From Gemmatimonadota bacterium (GTDB taxonomy: Bacteria; Gemmatimonadota; Gemmatimonadetes; Palauibacterales; Palauibacteraceae): a stretch of 64,000 nt of DNA. The stretch covers positions 71,677 to 135,676 of the forward strand of contig JAJEEM010000059.1 in assembly GCA_022820995.1 (NCBI GenBank). Reading direction: 5' to 3'. How positions within the stretch are numbered: position 1 is the first letter of the stretch; each line of letters opens with the position of its first letter. Position numbers and translations under genes: made by a program. The notes below the pieces were generated by a model. That model saw only the letters and a list, made by a program, of their open reading frames with translations. It did no database searches and had not been told where the DNA came from. Of the stretch, positions 46,301 through 55,815 are shown piece by piece.

Positions 46301-48628
46301 TCAGTTGGCGGGCGCGCCGAGACCCGCAAGGAACCCGAAACGGTCCGCGCGCTGGTACGCCCGCTCGGCGGCTTCCACGTCGCCCAAGTGTTCCTCCGTC
46401 ATCCCCTGCAGGTAGTACGCGAGGTAGTACTGGGCCGGGATGCTCGACTGCGTGGACGGCTCGGGCCACTCCTCCCACCCCAGCACGTCCTCGACCTCGA
46501 ACACCTCCCACAGCAGTTCCGCCGTGCGCGCCCGGTCGTTCCACGTCGGCGATATCGTGCCCGGCATGTACTCGCGCAGGTCCACGAGGTCGTCCGTCGC
46601 CTCGAGCGGCGCGTCCACGAGCTTGAAGGCGAGCCCGTGCCGGACGAGGTGCGGTTGCAGCCCCCACTTCCCGTACACGGGCGGGGCGGTCGCCGCGAAG
46701 TAGACCGGCCGGTCCCCCAGCGACTGCTGCATGATGTGGAAGACGAGGATGTCGGGGTACAGAATCGAGTCCCCGCCGCGCACCGTCGCCGTCACCGCGC
46801 TCGAGACCTGGAACGCCGTGTCCCGGGCGACCGCGATCCCCGGCGTGAGCCCGTCGATCTGCGCGTCGTTCAGTGCGATGATCGAGCGCGTCGGAGACGG
46901 TGCCGCCGCGTCGGCATACGGGCTCGCCGCATTCGCTTCATCGAAGGGACGCTGACACACAATGGTCGTCGGGGAGTCCGCCGCGGACACCCCCGGCTCG
47001 CACGGCGTCGTCAGCGACCGCAACTGCTTCGGATACCAGTCCGTGCCGAGGTAGGAGTGGACGATGACGGTCACGTCGCGCCGAATCCCCTCCACCTCCT
47101 GCAGGTACCAGAGCGGGAAGGTGTCGTTGTCCCCGTTCGTGAACAGCACGGCGTACGGCTCGACCGACTGCAGGATGTTGTACGCCCAGTCGCGGGCCGC
47201 GCTGTCCTCCGTCCGGTCCGCGCGCGCGAAGTTGAAGAGGAAGGGGACGAGCGCGACGGCGAGGATCGGCGCCGCCCTCCGGTGCCGCGCGCTGAACCCG
47301 GCCGGGCGGTCCTCCGGCAGACTCGTCCGGTCCGGTGGCACCGCGCTCCTCCGTCGATCCGGGACGGACCAGTTGCCCCACAGCGCGACGAGCCCCAGCC
47401 CGGCGTAGATCCCCCACAGCTGGAAGCCGATGATGTAGAAGTAGTCCCGCTCCCGGACCTCGTGCTGGAGGATGTTCGGCACCTCCTCCAGGTAGAGGGA
47501 GTAGCCGTGCTTGAAATTCAGGTAGTAGACGAGGAGCAGCGTGACCGTGAAGAAGAGCGTGCCCGCGTAGACGAAGGTCTTCCGGTCGCTCCGGAAGTGG
47601 GTCCACAGACCGAGGAGCGCGAGGAAGAGGAAGAGCATGCTGACGGCGACCCGGCCGCCCGGCGGCAGCGAGCGCGCCCACTGCCAGTCGAAGTACTGCC
47701 AGTAGTTGGCGTACTGGCGGTGAAGCGGAGCCTGGCGCTGCGTGACCGGCCCCGGGCCGTACTGGTCGCGGATGAGCGAGAGCGCAAGCGGCTCGCAGGC
47801 CACCGAGAGCTTGCTGTTCCCGAACCGGTCGTCGATCACGCTCGGCGTGACGGCCGAGAGGAGCGTCGGACACTCCGGGTCCGCCTCGTCGATGATCGGG
47901 TTCTGCGCCGACCGGATGGGGACGAAGAGGAGCTGCACCGAGTAGCCGACCGCGAAGAGCGCGATGCCCAGCCCGAGGACGCGCGGGTTCAGGGCGGCCC
48001 GCCAGCGGTGGAGGAGGACGAAGAGCGCGAGCGCCGGGCCCGGCAGCAGCGACATGGTGTGGTTCGACCAGCCCAGTCCGAGCAGGAGCGCGATGAGCAC
48101 GAGCAGCCGGTTCCCGCGGGCCGTGTCCGCCTCGTCCACCCACACCATCGTCAGGTAGCTCACGAGCGAGACGATGAAGAGGGAGAGCGTGTAGACCTTT
48201 TCGTTCAGATTCGACTGGGTCCAGACGGTGAAGGCGGTCGCCCCGATCCAGACCGCGACCATCGAGGCCACGAGGATCTCGTGCCGGTTCTCGCGGAAGT
48301 GCGCGACCATGCGCGCCACGGCGAGGAAGGAGAAGAAGCTCGCCCCGGCGGAGAGCGTCGCGCTGAGCACGTTGATGCGGAGCGCGACCGGGAGGCCGGT
48401 GAAGCCGAGCAGGAGATCCCACACGCGGCCCACGAGGACGAAGAACGGGTTCCCCGGCGGGTGCGGGAGCCCGAGGATGTGCGCCGTGGTCACGTACTCC
48501 GACGTGTCCCAGAAGCCGGTGGTCGGCGCGATCGTGAGCAGATAGAGCGACCACACGGCGAGGGCCGTCACCAGCCCCCACAGACGCAGCGTCAGCGGAC
48601 CGATCTTCTCGCGCTCGATACCGTTCAT
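46301..48628 (-). CDS. DUF2723-family membrane protein, tandem paralog of 44008..46299
   Basis: GFWDTSEYVTTAHILGLPHPPGNPFFVLVGR; collinear with downstream copy. Confidence 0.7.
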   Translation of the reverse strand: MNGIEREKIGPLTLRLWGLVTALAVWSLYLLTIAPTTGFWDTSEYVTTAHILGLPHPPGNPFFVLVGRVWDLLLGFTGLPVALRINVLSATLSAGASFFSFLAVARMVAHFRENRHEILVASMVAVWIGATAFTVWTQSNLNEKVYTLSLFIVSLVSYLTMVWVDEADTARGNRLLVLIALLLGLGWSNHTMSLLPGPALALFVLLHRWRAALNPRVLGLGIALFAVGYSVQLLFVPIRSAQNPIIDEADPECPTLLSAVTPSVIDDRFGNSKLSVACEPLALSLIRDQYGPGPVTQRQAPLHRQYANYWQYFDWQWARSLPPGGRVAVSMLFLFLALLGLWTHFRSDRKTFVYAGTLFFTVTLLLVYYLNFKHGYSLYLEEVPNILQHEVRERDYFYIIGFQLWGIYAGLGLVALWGNWSVPDRRRSAVPPDRTSLPEDRPAGFSARHRRAAPILAVALVPFLFNFARADRTEDSAARDWAYNILQSVEPYAVLFTNGDNDTFPLWYLQEVEGIRRDVTVIVHSYLGTDWYPKQLRSLTTPCEPGVSAADSPTTIVCQRPFDEANAASPYADAAAPSPTRSIIALNDAQIDGLTPGIAVARDTAFQVSSAVTATVRGGDSILYPDILVFHIMQQSLGDRPVYFAATAPPVYGKWGLQPHLVRHGLAFKLVDAPLEATDDLVDLREYMPGTISPTWNDRARTAELLWEVFEVEDVLGWEEWPEPSTQSSIPAQYYLAYYLQGMTEEHLGDVEAAERAYQRADRFGFLAGLGAPAN

Positions 48629-48788
48629 TACGCCCCTGCTACGCTCTCCCGGTCGGGAAGTTCGTTGGGAAGATACCGCCTCGGGCCTGTCGGGTCCCGC
48701 GCCGGCCCGGCTCGGCGATTCCGACTGGCCGACGCGGCGAGCCGAAACTAGCCGGCGGCCCGAATGCGAGCGAGCGGCTGCCGGACCC

Positions 48789-50003
48789 TCAGGGGTCGGA
48801 TCGGTCGAGCGGCCACAGTTGGACGTATTCGATTCCGAGTTCGTCGTATGCGCCGCCCAGGAGGTAGTCGGGGCCGATCTCGAAGATGCGCAGGCCCGGC
48901 GGGGTCTCCAGGAAACCGAGGACCCGGCCCTCGGGGTCGAAGACCGTCCAGACCCGGTCCGTCTCGCCCGGCTGGCGGTATTCCTCGACCCAGAGATGCT
49001 CCAGTTCGTCCACCCGGATGCTGTTGAAGGCGGGGAAGGCGTCCGTCAGCGGCATGTCGGCGACTTCGGCCAGCGCGGCGGACCGATCCGCGCCGGACAT
49101 GCTCTCGTACCGCCGGGCGAAGTAGGCGTTGAGATCCGCGCGGGTCGGGCGCCGAGCCTCGTGGCCGCGCCGCACGATCCGAGTCAGATTGCCGTCCACG
49201 GCGTGGGCCCGGAACTCGTAGCGGTCGTTCGTGCCGATCAGGACGAGGTCCCCCCACGCGGCGTAGATGGGGTCGCGGCCGAAGGGGTGCGGCCGGACGG
49301 ACATGTCTTCGGCATTGGCGGACCATTCGCTGCCCGGATGCGTGCCGAGCGTCGAATGCAGGCCGCCATCCGGCTCGACGATGCCGTACTCCACGGTTCG
49401 GCGCGACAATCCGTCCGGGAACTCGCCGCCGGCGAAGCGAAAACCGGAGGAGGACACGACGAACAGCTTCCCGTCCGGCAGGACTCCGGCCAGGCGCTGG
49501 TAGGGATCGGGCAGCCGGGACGTGCGGCCGTGCTCTCCGTTCGCGTCGAAGACGGAGAACCTCCGCGCGCCCGTGTCCGATGCCGAGATGGAATCGCCGG
49601 GCCAGCCCCCGACGCCGGAGGGGCCCCCCAGGCTGAACTCCCCCGGCCCGTCCCCCTGCCCTCCCCAGGATTGCAGGTGAGTCCCGGACGCGTCGAACGC
49701 CCTCAGTTCACCGGAACCCGCGTTCGCGACCAGGATCCTTCCGTCCGGCAGCCGGGTCGCGTCCGCGACCCGAAACAGCTCGTACGCAGGATCGGCCTCG
49801 ACGGCGCCGATGGAGAGGGTGGGCTCCGCACCGACCCGCCAGCCGAGCCGCGAATCCGCCGCGGGCTCCTCGTTCTCCACGATCGTCACGCCCGCGCTGT
49901 CCCGCACCACCGATTGAAGGCCCGAGTCCATGGCCAGGGCGCTCCCGCCGGCGGCGAGGAAACCCGCCGCCGCAAACAAGCCGCCGAGAAGGAAGTTCCG
50001 CAT
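48789..50003 (-). CDS. 6-bladed beta-propeller lipoprotein, paralog type A (A1)
   Basis: MRNFLLGGLFAAAGFLAAGGSALA; SVVRDSAGVTIVENEEP...ELRAFDASG...WPLDRSDP. Confidence 0.65.
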   Translation of the reverse strand: MRNFLLGGLFAAAGFLAAGGSALAMDSGLQSVVRDSAGVTIVENEEPAADSRLGWRVGAEPTLSIGAVEADPAYELFRVADATRLPDGRILVANAGSGELRAFDASGTHLQSWGGQGDGPGEFSLGGPSGVGGWPGDSISASDTGARRFSVFDANGEHGRTSRLPDPYQRLAGVLPDGKLFVVSSSGFRFAGGEFPDGLSRRTVEYGIVEPDGGLHSTLGTHPGSEWSANAEDMSVRPHPFGRDPIYAAWGDLVLIGTNDRYEFRAHAVDGNLTRIVRRGHEARRPTRADLNAYFARRYESMSGADRSAALAEVADMPLTDAFPAFNSIRVDELEHLWVEEYRQPGETDRVWTVFDPEGRVLGFLETPPGLRIFEIGPDYLLGGAYDELGIEYVQLWPLDRSDP

Positions 50004-50035
50004 GGTCCTACGCTCCGACCCCCGGGGGTCGCACG

Positions 50036-51163
50036 TCAACCTTTCCGGGTGAAGCGGACGCGTGCGGCGCGCCACACGTCGAGCGAGTCGCGCGTCGTGC
50101 CGTAGAGCGTCGTCTCGGTGACCCAGGGAGAGCCGAGATGGCTGACGCGGCGCGGCCAGCGGTATCGCGCCACCAGCGTGCCCTCGAGGTAGACATCGGC
50201 CTCGCGCATCTCCCGTCCGTCGACCCCCGTCTTCTCCACCCACAGCCGGCCGCCGCGATCGAAGAAAAGTTCGGCAAGAACCGGTTTGCGGTCCGGGATC
50301 CCGTGCGGGTGGTCCCGCAGGTCGAATCGCTCCTTCTCCTGGTCGATCCGGGCCTGCGCGCCCTGGCGTTCGTCCGGGCTCAACTCCGGTCCCTGCAGCG
50401 GGGCTTCGATCGATGACGTGCTTCCGTCGGGATGGTGAAGCGTGATCGCATACGCGGAGCTGACTGCCGTGGCCCACCATCCTCCCGGCCCATGTCCGTG
50501 AATCCACAGGGGACCGAAGGGCTGGTAGAGGAAGAACTGCGCCGCCTGATCCCCCACCATGATGTCGACCGGGCTGAAGCCGGTGGCCTGCTCCTCGGCC
50601 GTCGCCATGGGGACCGTGTCCACGGCCGTGCCCGGACCCAAGTGGAAGCGCGTGAACCGGGTCTCACCGGCTGGCGTCCCCAGATCGACGAGCCGGCCCT
50701 CCGCGTCGAAGGTGACCGGAGCGATCAGGTTGAAGGAGGCGTTGACGCTCCTGAGCCCGCGCACGTACTCCGCGCCCCCGTCGTCGAGCTGGAACGCGCT
50801 GTAGCGGACGCTCTCCCGCACCCACAGGAGGCCATCGGGCCCGAAGGTCATGCAGCAGGGATTCGTCAGCTCGCCGGGCCCCTCCCCCTGGCCGCCGAAG
50901 CGGAAGGCGAAGCGCCCGTCCGGCTCGAACACCCGCACTTCGTGCGTCTGGTAGTCCGCGACGATCATCCGCCCGCCGTCGTCCTCCACGATGGAGCCGA
51001 TGGTCGTAAACAGGTAGGGATCCTCCCCCTCGACTTCGCCGATCTCGAGGTCGATCGCCCCCTCGAAGACCGGTATCTCGGGAGGCGGAGCCGGGGCGCC
51101 GCGATCGACACACGCGGCGGCTCCCAGCAGCAGCCCGAGCGCGACCGGGATGCCGAGCTTCAC
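50036..51163 (-). CDS. beta-propeller lipoprotein, paralog type B (B1)
   Basis: MKLGIPVALGLLLGAAAC lipobox; RMIVADYQTHEVRVFEPDGRFAFRFGGQGEGPGEL. Confidence 0.6.
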   Translation of the reverse strand: MKLGIPVALGLLLGAAACVDRGAPAPPPEIPVFEGAIDLEIGEVEGEDPYLFTTIGSIVEDDGGRMIVADYQTHEVRVFEPDGRFAFRFGGQGEGPGELTNPCCMTFGPDGLLWVRESVRYSAFQLDDGGAEYVRGLRSVNASFNLIAPVTFDAEGRLVDLGTPAGETRFTRFHLGPGTAVDTVPMATAEEQATGFSPVDIMVGDQAAQFFLYQPFGPLWIHGHGPGGWWATAVSSAYAITLHHPDGSTSSIEAPLQGPELSPDERQGAQARIDQEKERFDLRDHPHGIPDRKPVLAELFFDRGGRLWVEKTGVDGREMREADVYLEGTLVARYRWPRRVSHLGSPWVTETTLYGTTRDSLDVWRAARVRFTRKG

Positions 51164-52371
51164 GAGCCGGAACGGTCGAGGGGCCAGAACTCTACGTACT
51201 CGATGTCGAGTTCGTCCTCCCGCGTGCCCAGGATGTAGCCCTCTCCGATTTCCGCAATTCGGCTGATTTCCGGCATGTCCACGAGGCCGAGGACGCGGCC
51301 CTCCGGATCGAACACCGTCCAGAGCCGGTGATCCTCGCCGGGGAGGCGGAACTCCTCGACCCAGAGGTGTCCCAGTCGATCGACCAGCGCCCTGTCAAAG
51401 GCGGGAAACGCTTCCACGAGCGGCATGTCCCCGACCGCCTCGAGCGCCTCCGGATCGTCGGGGTTCTGGCCGGCGACGTAGTCGCGGAGGTCGGCTCGCG
51501 TCGGCGGGCGGGCTTCGTGGTCGCGGCGAACGATCCGCGCGAGCGACCCGTCCGTCCGGTAGGCACGGATCTCATAGCGGTCGTTGGTACTGATCACGAT
51601 CAGGTCGCCCCACGTGAGGGCGAACGCGTCGCGACGGAACGGGTATGCGCGCGGCCGCGCGCCGGCGGGCGTGTTGACGACGTACAGTTCCGATCCCGGG
51701 TACGTCCCGAGATCCCGATGGACGCTGCCGTCCGGCTCCAGAATCCCGTACTCCAGATCCGGGCGCGCGAGTTCCGACGGGCCCTGCGGGCTGCCGGCGT
51801 AGGTGGTGAGCGTGGCCGCCAGCACCCTCCCGTCCGGGAGCGGCCCGACGACGCTCGGGTATACACCCGCCGGCCTGAGAGCGCGCCCGAACGTCCCATC
51901 GATCCCGAATATCGAAGCGCGGCCGCTGAACGGATCCCTCGCCATCAGCGAATCGCCGGGCCAGGGCATCACGCGACTCGGTGCCATGGGGCCGAACTCG
52001 CCGGGCCCGTCGCCCTGGCCGCCCCACGATTCGAGGTGGATTCCGTCCGGATCGAAGACGCGGAGTTCGCCGGAGCCCGCGTTGGCGACCACGATCCGCC
52101 CGTCGGAGAGCCTCGTGGCGCCCCCGACACGGAAGAGTTCGTACGCCGGATCGCCCGCCGGGGACCCGATCGTCACGGCCGGCGCCTCCCCGACCCGCCA
52201 TCCCAGCCGCGAATCGATCGGGGGGCGCTCGTTCTCGACGATCGTGACCCCGGCGCTGTCCCTGACGACACTTCTCAGGCTTCCACTGCCATCCCCACCG
52301 TTGTCACCGCCACCCGCGCACGCCGACCCCGCGATAACCGCGACGAGGACGGTCAGAGTTCTCCCGCCCAT
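51160..52371 (-). CDS. 6-bladed beta-propeller lipoprotein, paralog type A (A2)
   Basis: VLVAVIAGSAC; SVVRDSAGVTIVENERP...WPLDRSGS. Confidence 0.65.
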   Translation of the reverse strand: MGGRTLTVLVAVIAGSACAGGGDNGGDGSGSLRSVVRDSAGVTIVENERPPIDSRLGWRVGEAPAVTIGSPAGDPAYELFRVGGATRLSDGRIVVANAGSGELRVFDPDGIHLESWGGQGDGPGEFGPMAPSRVMPWPGDSLMARDPFSGRASIFGIDGTFGRALRPAGVYPSVVGPLPDGRVLAATLTTYAGSPQGPSELARPDLEYGILEPDGSVHRDLGTYPGSELYVVNTPAGARPRAYPFRRDAFALTWGDLIVISTNDRYEIRAYRTDGSLARIVRRDHEARPPTRADLRDYVAGQNPDDPEALEAVGDMPLVEAFPAFDRALVDRLGHLWVEEFRLPGEDHRLWTVFDPEGRVLGLVDMPEISRIAEIGEGYILGTREDELDIEYVEFWPLDRSGS

Positions 52372-52455
52372 AACTCTCCCCCATTGGCTCGGTTCAATCG
52401 CACCGAACCGGGGACACGATCAGCGGCGGGTTGGTTGTGCGGAGGTCGAGCGGCC
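52372..52455 (-). promoter_or_regulatory. conserved 5' leader element (hairpin cggttc-N9-gaaccg + GGGGGAGAG SD) shared with 55721..55802
   Basis: ctctccccc..cggttcaatcgcaccgaaccggggacacgatca...ttggttgtgcggaggtcgagcgg aligns with 55721-55802. Confidence 0.45.
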
Positions 52456-52645
52456 CTGCGAGGTCGGCACTCGGGACAGCGCCCCCCCTTGCTGGAAACC
52501 AAGAGCCCCGAGGACGGAAAACGCCCCCGGGGCCCTTACCCCAGCGTCTTGCTGCACCCGAAGGCCTTTTGCAGTAGAGGACGGCCTGAGGCGTACACTT
52601 GAAGGATCGTCAACTCTCATCCCAACCGCAACCTGCGGAGTTTCT

Positions 52646-53359
52646 ATGCTACCCATCGAAGGCCTTCGGAGTGCGCTTTCAGCGGAGCGACTGAGTGCCT
52701 ATGCCCTGCCTGAGGACACCGACGAGGTCGACTGCGTGGCCCGGTATCTGTGGAACCTGGCGCTCTGTAGCGCCCTCCACCCGGCGCTTCATACCCTTGA
52801 GATTACCGTCCGGAACCGCCTCTTCGACATCTCCAGAAGGATCGTCAATGAGACAAATCTCAGTTTTGACAAGGTTCCGTGTTGGCTCGATGCTCGACCT
52901 TCCCTGCTTGCCGACCCCGAGCGTGACGCCGTCGAGAAGGCGAAAGCAACGATTCTGAGGCGAAGGAGTTCGATGACCGAGGGCCGGCTTGTCTCGGTCC
53001 TGGGGTTTGGTTTCTGGGTGAGCTTGTGCAAGCGGTCATATGAACAAGGGCGCGCCGGCGGGCCGCGCCTCTGGCCCGAACTGGCGACGAGGGGATTCCC
53101 GCATTTACCAAGAGCCCAAGGCACACGCAGCCAGATCTTCCACGCCCTGGATCCGCTTCGCGACCTGCGTAACCGCGTGTCTCACCATGAGGCCGTTTGG
53201 GACCGGAAGCTTGACCAAAGCCATCAGGAAATCCTCAGAACGATAGCCTGGATCAACCCCGAATTGGCGGCGACCCTGGAGAAACACTCCCCGCTGCCGG
53301 CAGTACTCGACCGGGGCGTAGCCGGGTACCGCGCCCAGGCCGAGGCAATCATCGGGTGA
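52646..53359 (+). CDS. HEPN-type Abi-like (Abi_2/AbiD-AbiF family-like) protein; lower-GC insertion
   Basis: 237 aa; ...FHALDPLRDLRNRVSHHEAVWD (R-x4-H HEPN motif); GC visibly lower than flanks; opposite strand to flanking paralogs. Confidence 0.45.
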   Translation: MLPIEGLRSALSAERLSAYALPEDTDEVDCVARYLWNLALCSALHPALHTLEITVRNRLFDISRRIVNETNLSFDKVPCWLDARPSLLADPERDAVEKAKATILRRRSSMTEGRLVSVLGFGFWVSLCKRSYEQGRAGGPRLWPELATRGFPHLPRAQGTRSQIFHALDPLRDLRNRVSHHEAVWDRKLDQSHQEILRTIAWINPELAATLEKHSPLPAVLDRGVAGYRAQAEAIIG

Positions 53360-53375
53360 CAGCCGCCGGCTTTGC

Positions 53376-54587
53376 CTACTGGCGAGGTCTCTCTGCCAGT
53401 TCGTACACGACGACGTTCATCACGTCTAGTTCGTCGCGGAGTACGCCGAGGACGAGGTCTCCGGTCACGTCAAGGATACGGAACCTGGGTGGCGTCTCGA
53501 CCTGTCCCAGCCACTCGCCGTCCGGGGAAATGACGGTGTAGGGAGATCCCTCTTCCGGGTAGGCGGGCCGGTAGGAGGGCAGCCACAGGTTACCGTCGGC
53601 GTCGGCGAAGGGGGTACCGAAGAAGGGAATCGGCTGTCCGATCATGGCGCGATACCGGGCCATGTCTTCCTCGATGATCTCCTCGAGCCGGGCTTCGGAC
53701 ACTCCGTAGTGCCGTCGGCCCAACGTTCGATTATAGGCCTCGCCGTGCTCCAGGAGTTCCTCGGCCAGCAGGTTGGGCCCGGGTCGCCAGCGCGCAATCT
53801 GCTCTACCCTGCCGTCCGGCAGACGCCAGGTGATCTCGGCCCTGTCGGACCTCGTGTAGACGAAGCGCCCGGCCGCGACCGTGACCTCGCCCATCGGCAG
53901 GATGATCGGGCCCGTCTGCCCCGACTGCTGCCGCGGGTAGTGGTCGTACGACGCGACCGTGTCGAGGGCGCCGGTTTCGATATCGAACAGTGTCATGTGC
54001 CCGGCGAGCCACTCCTCCTCGATGTCGATCCAGAGACGGTGGGGGTATCGGTCCATCATCATCAGCTCACCGGATGGACCGATCCCCGCCACGCCGTAGT
54101 GCGCGGCCCGGGGGAGGCTCGCGATGTGCGCGACCGAATCGCCGACGAAGAGCGTGAGGCGAGACTGGCGATCGTCAGGCACAAGGACGCTGTCCCGGCC
54201 CAGGACGAACACCGAGTAGGGGGAGATGACTTCGCCCGGTCCCTCTCCAGCCCTCGCGAGCACCTCGTGCGTCGTGCCGTCCGGACTCAGGACGATGACT
54301 TCGCTGTACCAGGCAACGACCGCGCTCCCATCCGGCAAGAGCCCGCCGGCGTCAACGAACTGGAATTCGTAGTCGCCGGGGTTCGCTCCGTGCCGGTACA
54401 GCGGCTCGGCCGCGAGGGTGAAGGGGGTCTCGACCTCCGGCACACCTGCGTATTCGACGATCCGCACCCCGGCGCTGTCCCGGACCTGGACTCGGACCTC
54501 GTCGGTGGTCCCGGCGTCGCCCCCGCAGGCGGCGAGGACCGCCGCCAGGATCAGTACGCGGCTCGGCGTGAGTACGCGGCGCGTCAC
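53376..54587 (-). CDS. 6-bladed beta-propeller lipoprotein, paralog type A (A3)
   Basis: VTRRVLTPSRVLILAAVLAACGG; VRVQVRDSAGVRIVEY; GTGA overlap with upstream gene. Confidence 0.6.
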   Translation of the reverse strand: MTRRVLTPSRVLILAAVLAACGGDAGTTDEVRVQVRDSAGVRIVEYAGVPEVETPFTLAAEPLYRHGANPGDYEFQFVDAGGLLPDGSAVVAWYSEVIVLSPDGTTHEVLARAGEGPGEVISPYSVFVLGRDSVLVPDDRQSRLTLFVGDSVAHIASLPRAAHYGVAGIGPSGELMMMDRYPHRLWIDIEEEWLAGHMTLFDIETGALDTVASYDHYPRQQSGQTGPIILPMGEVTVAAGRFVYTRSDRAEITWRLPDGRVEQIARWRPGPNLLAEELLEHGEAYNRTLGRRHYGVSEARLEEIIEEDMARYRAMIGQPIPFFGTPFADADGNLWLPSYRPAYPEEGSPYTVISPDGEWLGQVETPPRFRILDVTGDLVLGVLRDELDVMNVVVYELAERPRQ

Positions 54588-55720
54588 CGGGCGAAGGGGA
54601 GGTCCGCGATGTCGTACCAGTCGAGGGCCCGGTCCGGAATCCCGTCCCAATCGTCCGGCCCCACCTGCCGGTCGACGAGCACGACCAGGGTCGACTCCAG
54701 AAGGTCGAAGGCCCTGAGCCGGTCCCGGACCCGCACCGACCCGACGTATTCGGCATTGTCGTACACGTCCAGCCAGGACCATTCGTGCTGGTCGCGGCCC
54801 GTGGCGACCCAGTAGCGGTTGGCGGCGTCGAACAAATGCTCGCCCGCGGACAGATAGTAGTGCTTCGGAGTGGCGCGATAGCCATCCAACGCGTCGTCGA
54901 TGGCGGGCGTACGCGGGAGACCCTGAGACCTGTTGAGGGCCAGGAGCTCCTCTTCCCGCCGGGCCACATCCCGCTCGTTCGGGAGTTCCGGGACGTAAGT
55001 CGGTGCGCGGAGCACCGTGCCGTCGCCGGCGTCTCCGACGAAGATCAGATGCCCTTCACAGGCCACGAACGCCCAGCCCCCGGCCGGGTCCGGGATACCA
55101 TGGATGACCTGCCCGCACTCGACGTCCCACGGGCCGGGGGGCGACCCTTCCTGCCGCACGACATCCCCGGAGGCGAGGTCCACCTCGTACCGGGGCATCA
55201 GCGATCCGGACATCCGGCCGAGCATCACCATGTAGTCCAGCGACACGCCCGAGACCGCGGCGCCGAACGATGGGAAGGGCTGGAATACATCCGGCAGCGG
55301 CACATCCGACACGTAGGCGCCCGATGGCTCGAAGACCGTGAAGCGGCCCAGGTCGGAATCCACCACGCCGACCGTTCCCGCCTCTCCGCGGGCGAGATGC
55401 GCGGGATCGCCGAACTCGCCGGGGCCTTCGCCCTCGCGCCCGAAGACTCCCACCACGCTGCCTTCCCCGGCCACGCAACGGACCTGCCCTTCGTAGGAGT
55501 CGATGACGCAGGCGGTCCGCTCGTCCGCGAGCAGCGCAACTTCCTCGCTCTCGCTCAGCGGCACGGCGGCCGTGCCGATCAATTCGGGCGTGAAGACGGC
55601 CTCGTCGGCGGCTTCACCCGGACCGCACGCCACGCTCGCGGCGGCGACGGCCAGGAGCGGAAGCTGCACACCGGCGTGGACCCACTGAATGCGGAGACGA
55701 CCTCGGCACGTGTGACGCAT
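54584..55720 (-). CDS. beta-propeller lipoprotein, paralog type B (B2)
   Basis: LLAVAAASVAC lipobox; GREGEGPGEF. Confidence 0.6.
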   Translation of the reverse strand: MRHTCRGRLRIQWVHAGVQLPLLAVAAASVACGPGEAADEAVFTPELIGTAAVPLSESEEVALLADERTACVIDSYEGQVRCVAGEGSVVGVFGREGEGPGEFGDPAHLARGEAGTVGVVDSDLGRFTVFEPSGAYVSDVPLPDVFQPFPSFGAAVSGVSLDYMVMLGRMSGSLMPRYEVDLASGDVVRQEGSPPGPWDVECGQVIHGIPDPAGGWAFVACEGHLIFVGDAGDGTVLRAPTYVPELPNERDVARREEELLALNRSQGLPRTPAIDDALDGYRATPKHYYLSAGEHLFDAANRYWVATGRDQHEWSWLDVYDNAEYVGSVRVRDRLRAFDLLESTLVVLVDRQVGPDDWDGIPDRALDWYDIADLPFAR

Positions 55721-55802
55721 GACTCTCTCCCCCGGATCGGTTCAGTCTTTGCCGAACCGGGGACACGGTCACCTACAGATTTGGTTGCGCGGGATCGAGC
55801 GG
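55721..55802 (-). promoter_or_regulatory. conserved 5' leader element, copy 2 (see 52372..52455)
   Basis: ctctccccc..cggttcagtctttgccgaaccggggacacggtca...ttggttgcgcgggatcgagcgg. Confidence 0.45.
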
Positions 55803-55815
55803 AGCGGGCGCCGTG

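Noticed and set aside
52388-52410. tRNA-like T-arm resemblance (cggttcaatcg...gaaccg)
   Set aside because: Only a single short hairpin. There is no acceptor, D or anticodon arm, and the same hairpin recurs in a paralogous 5' leader.
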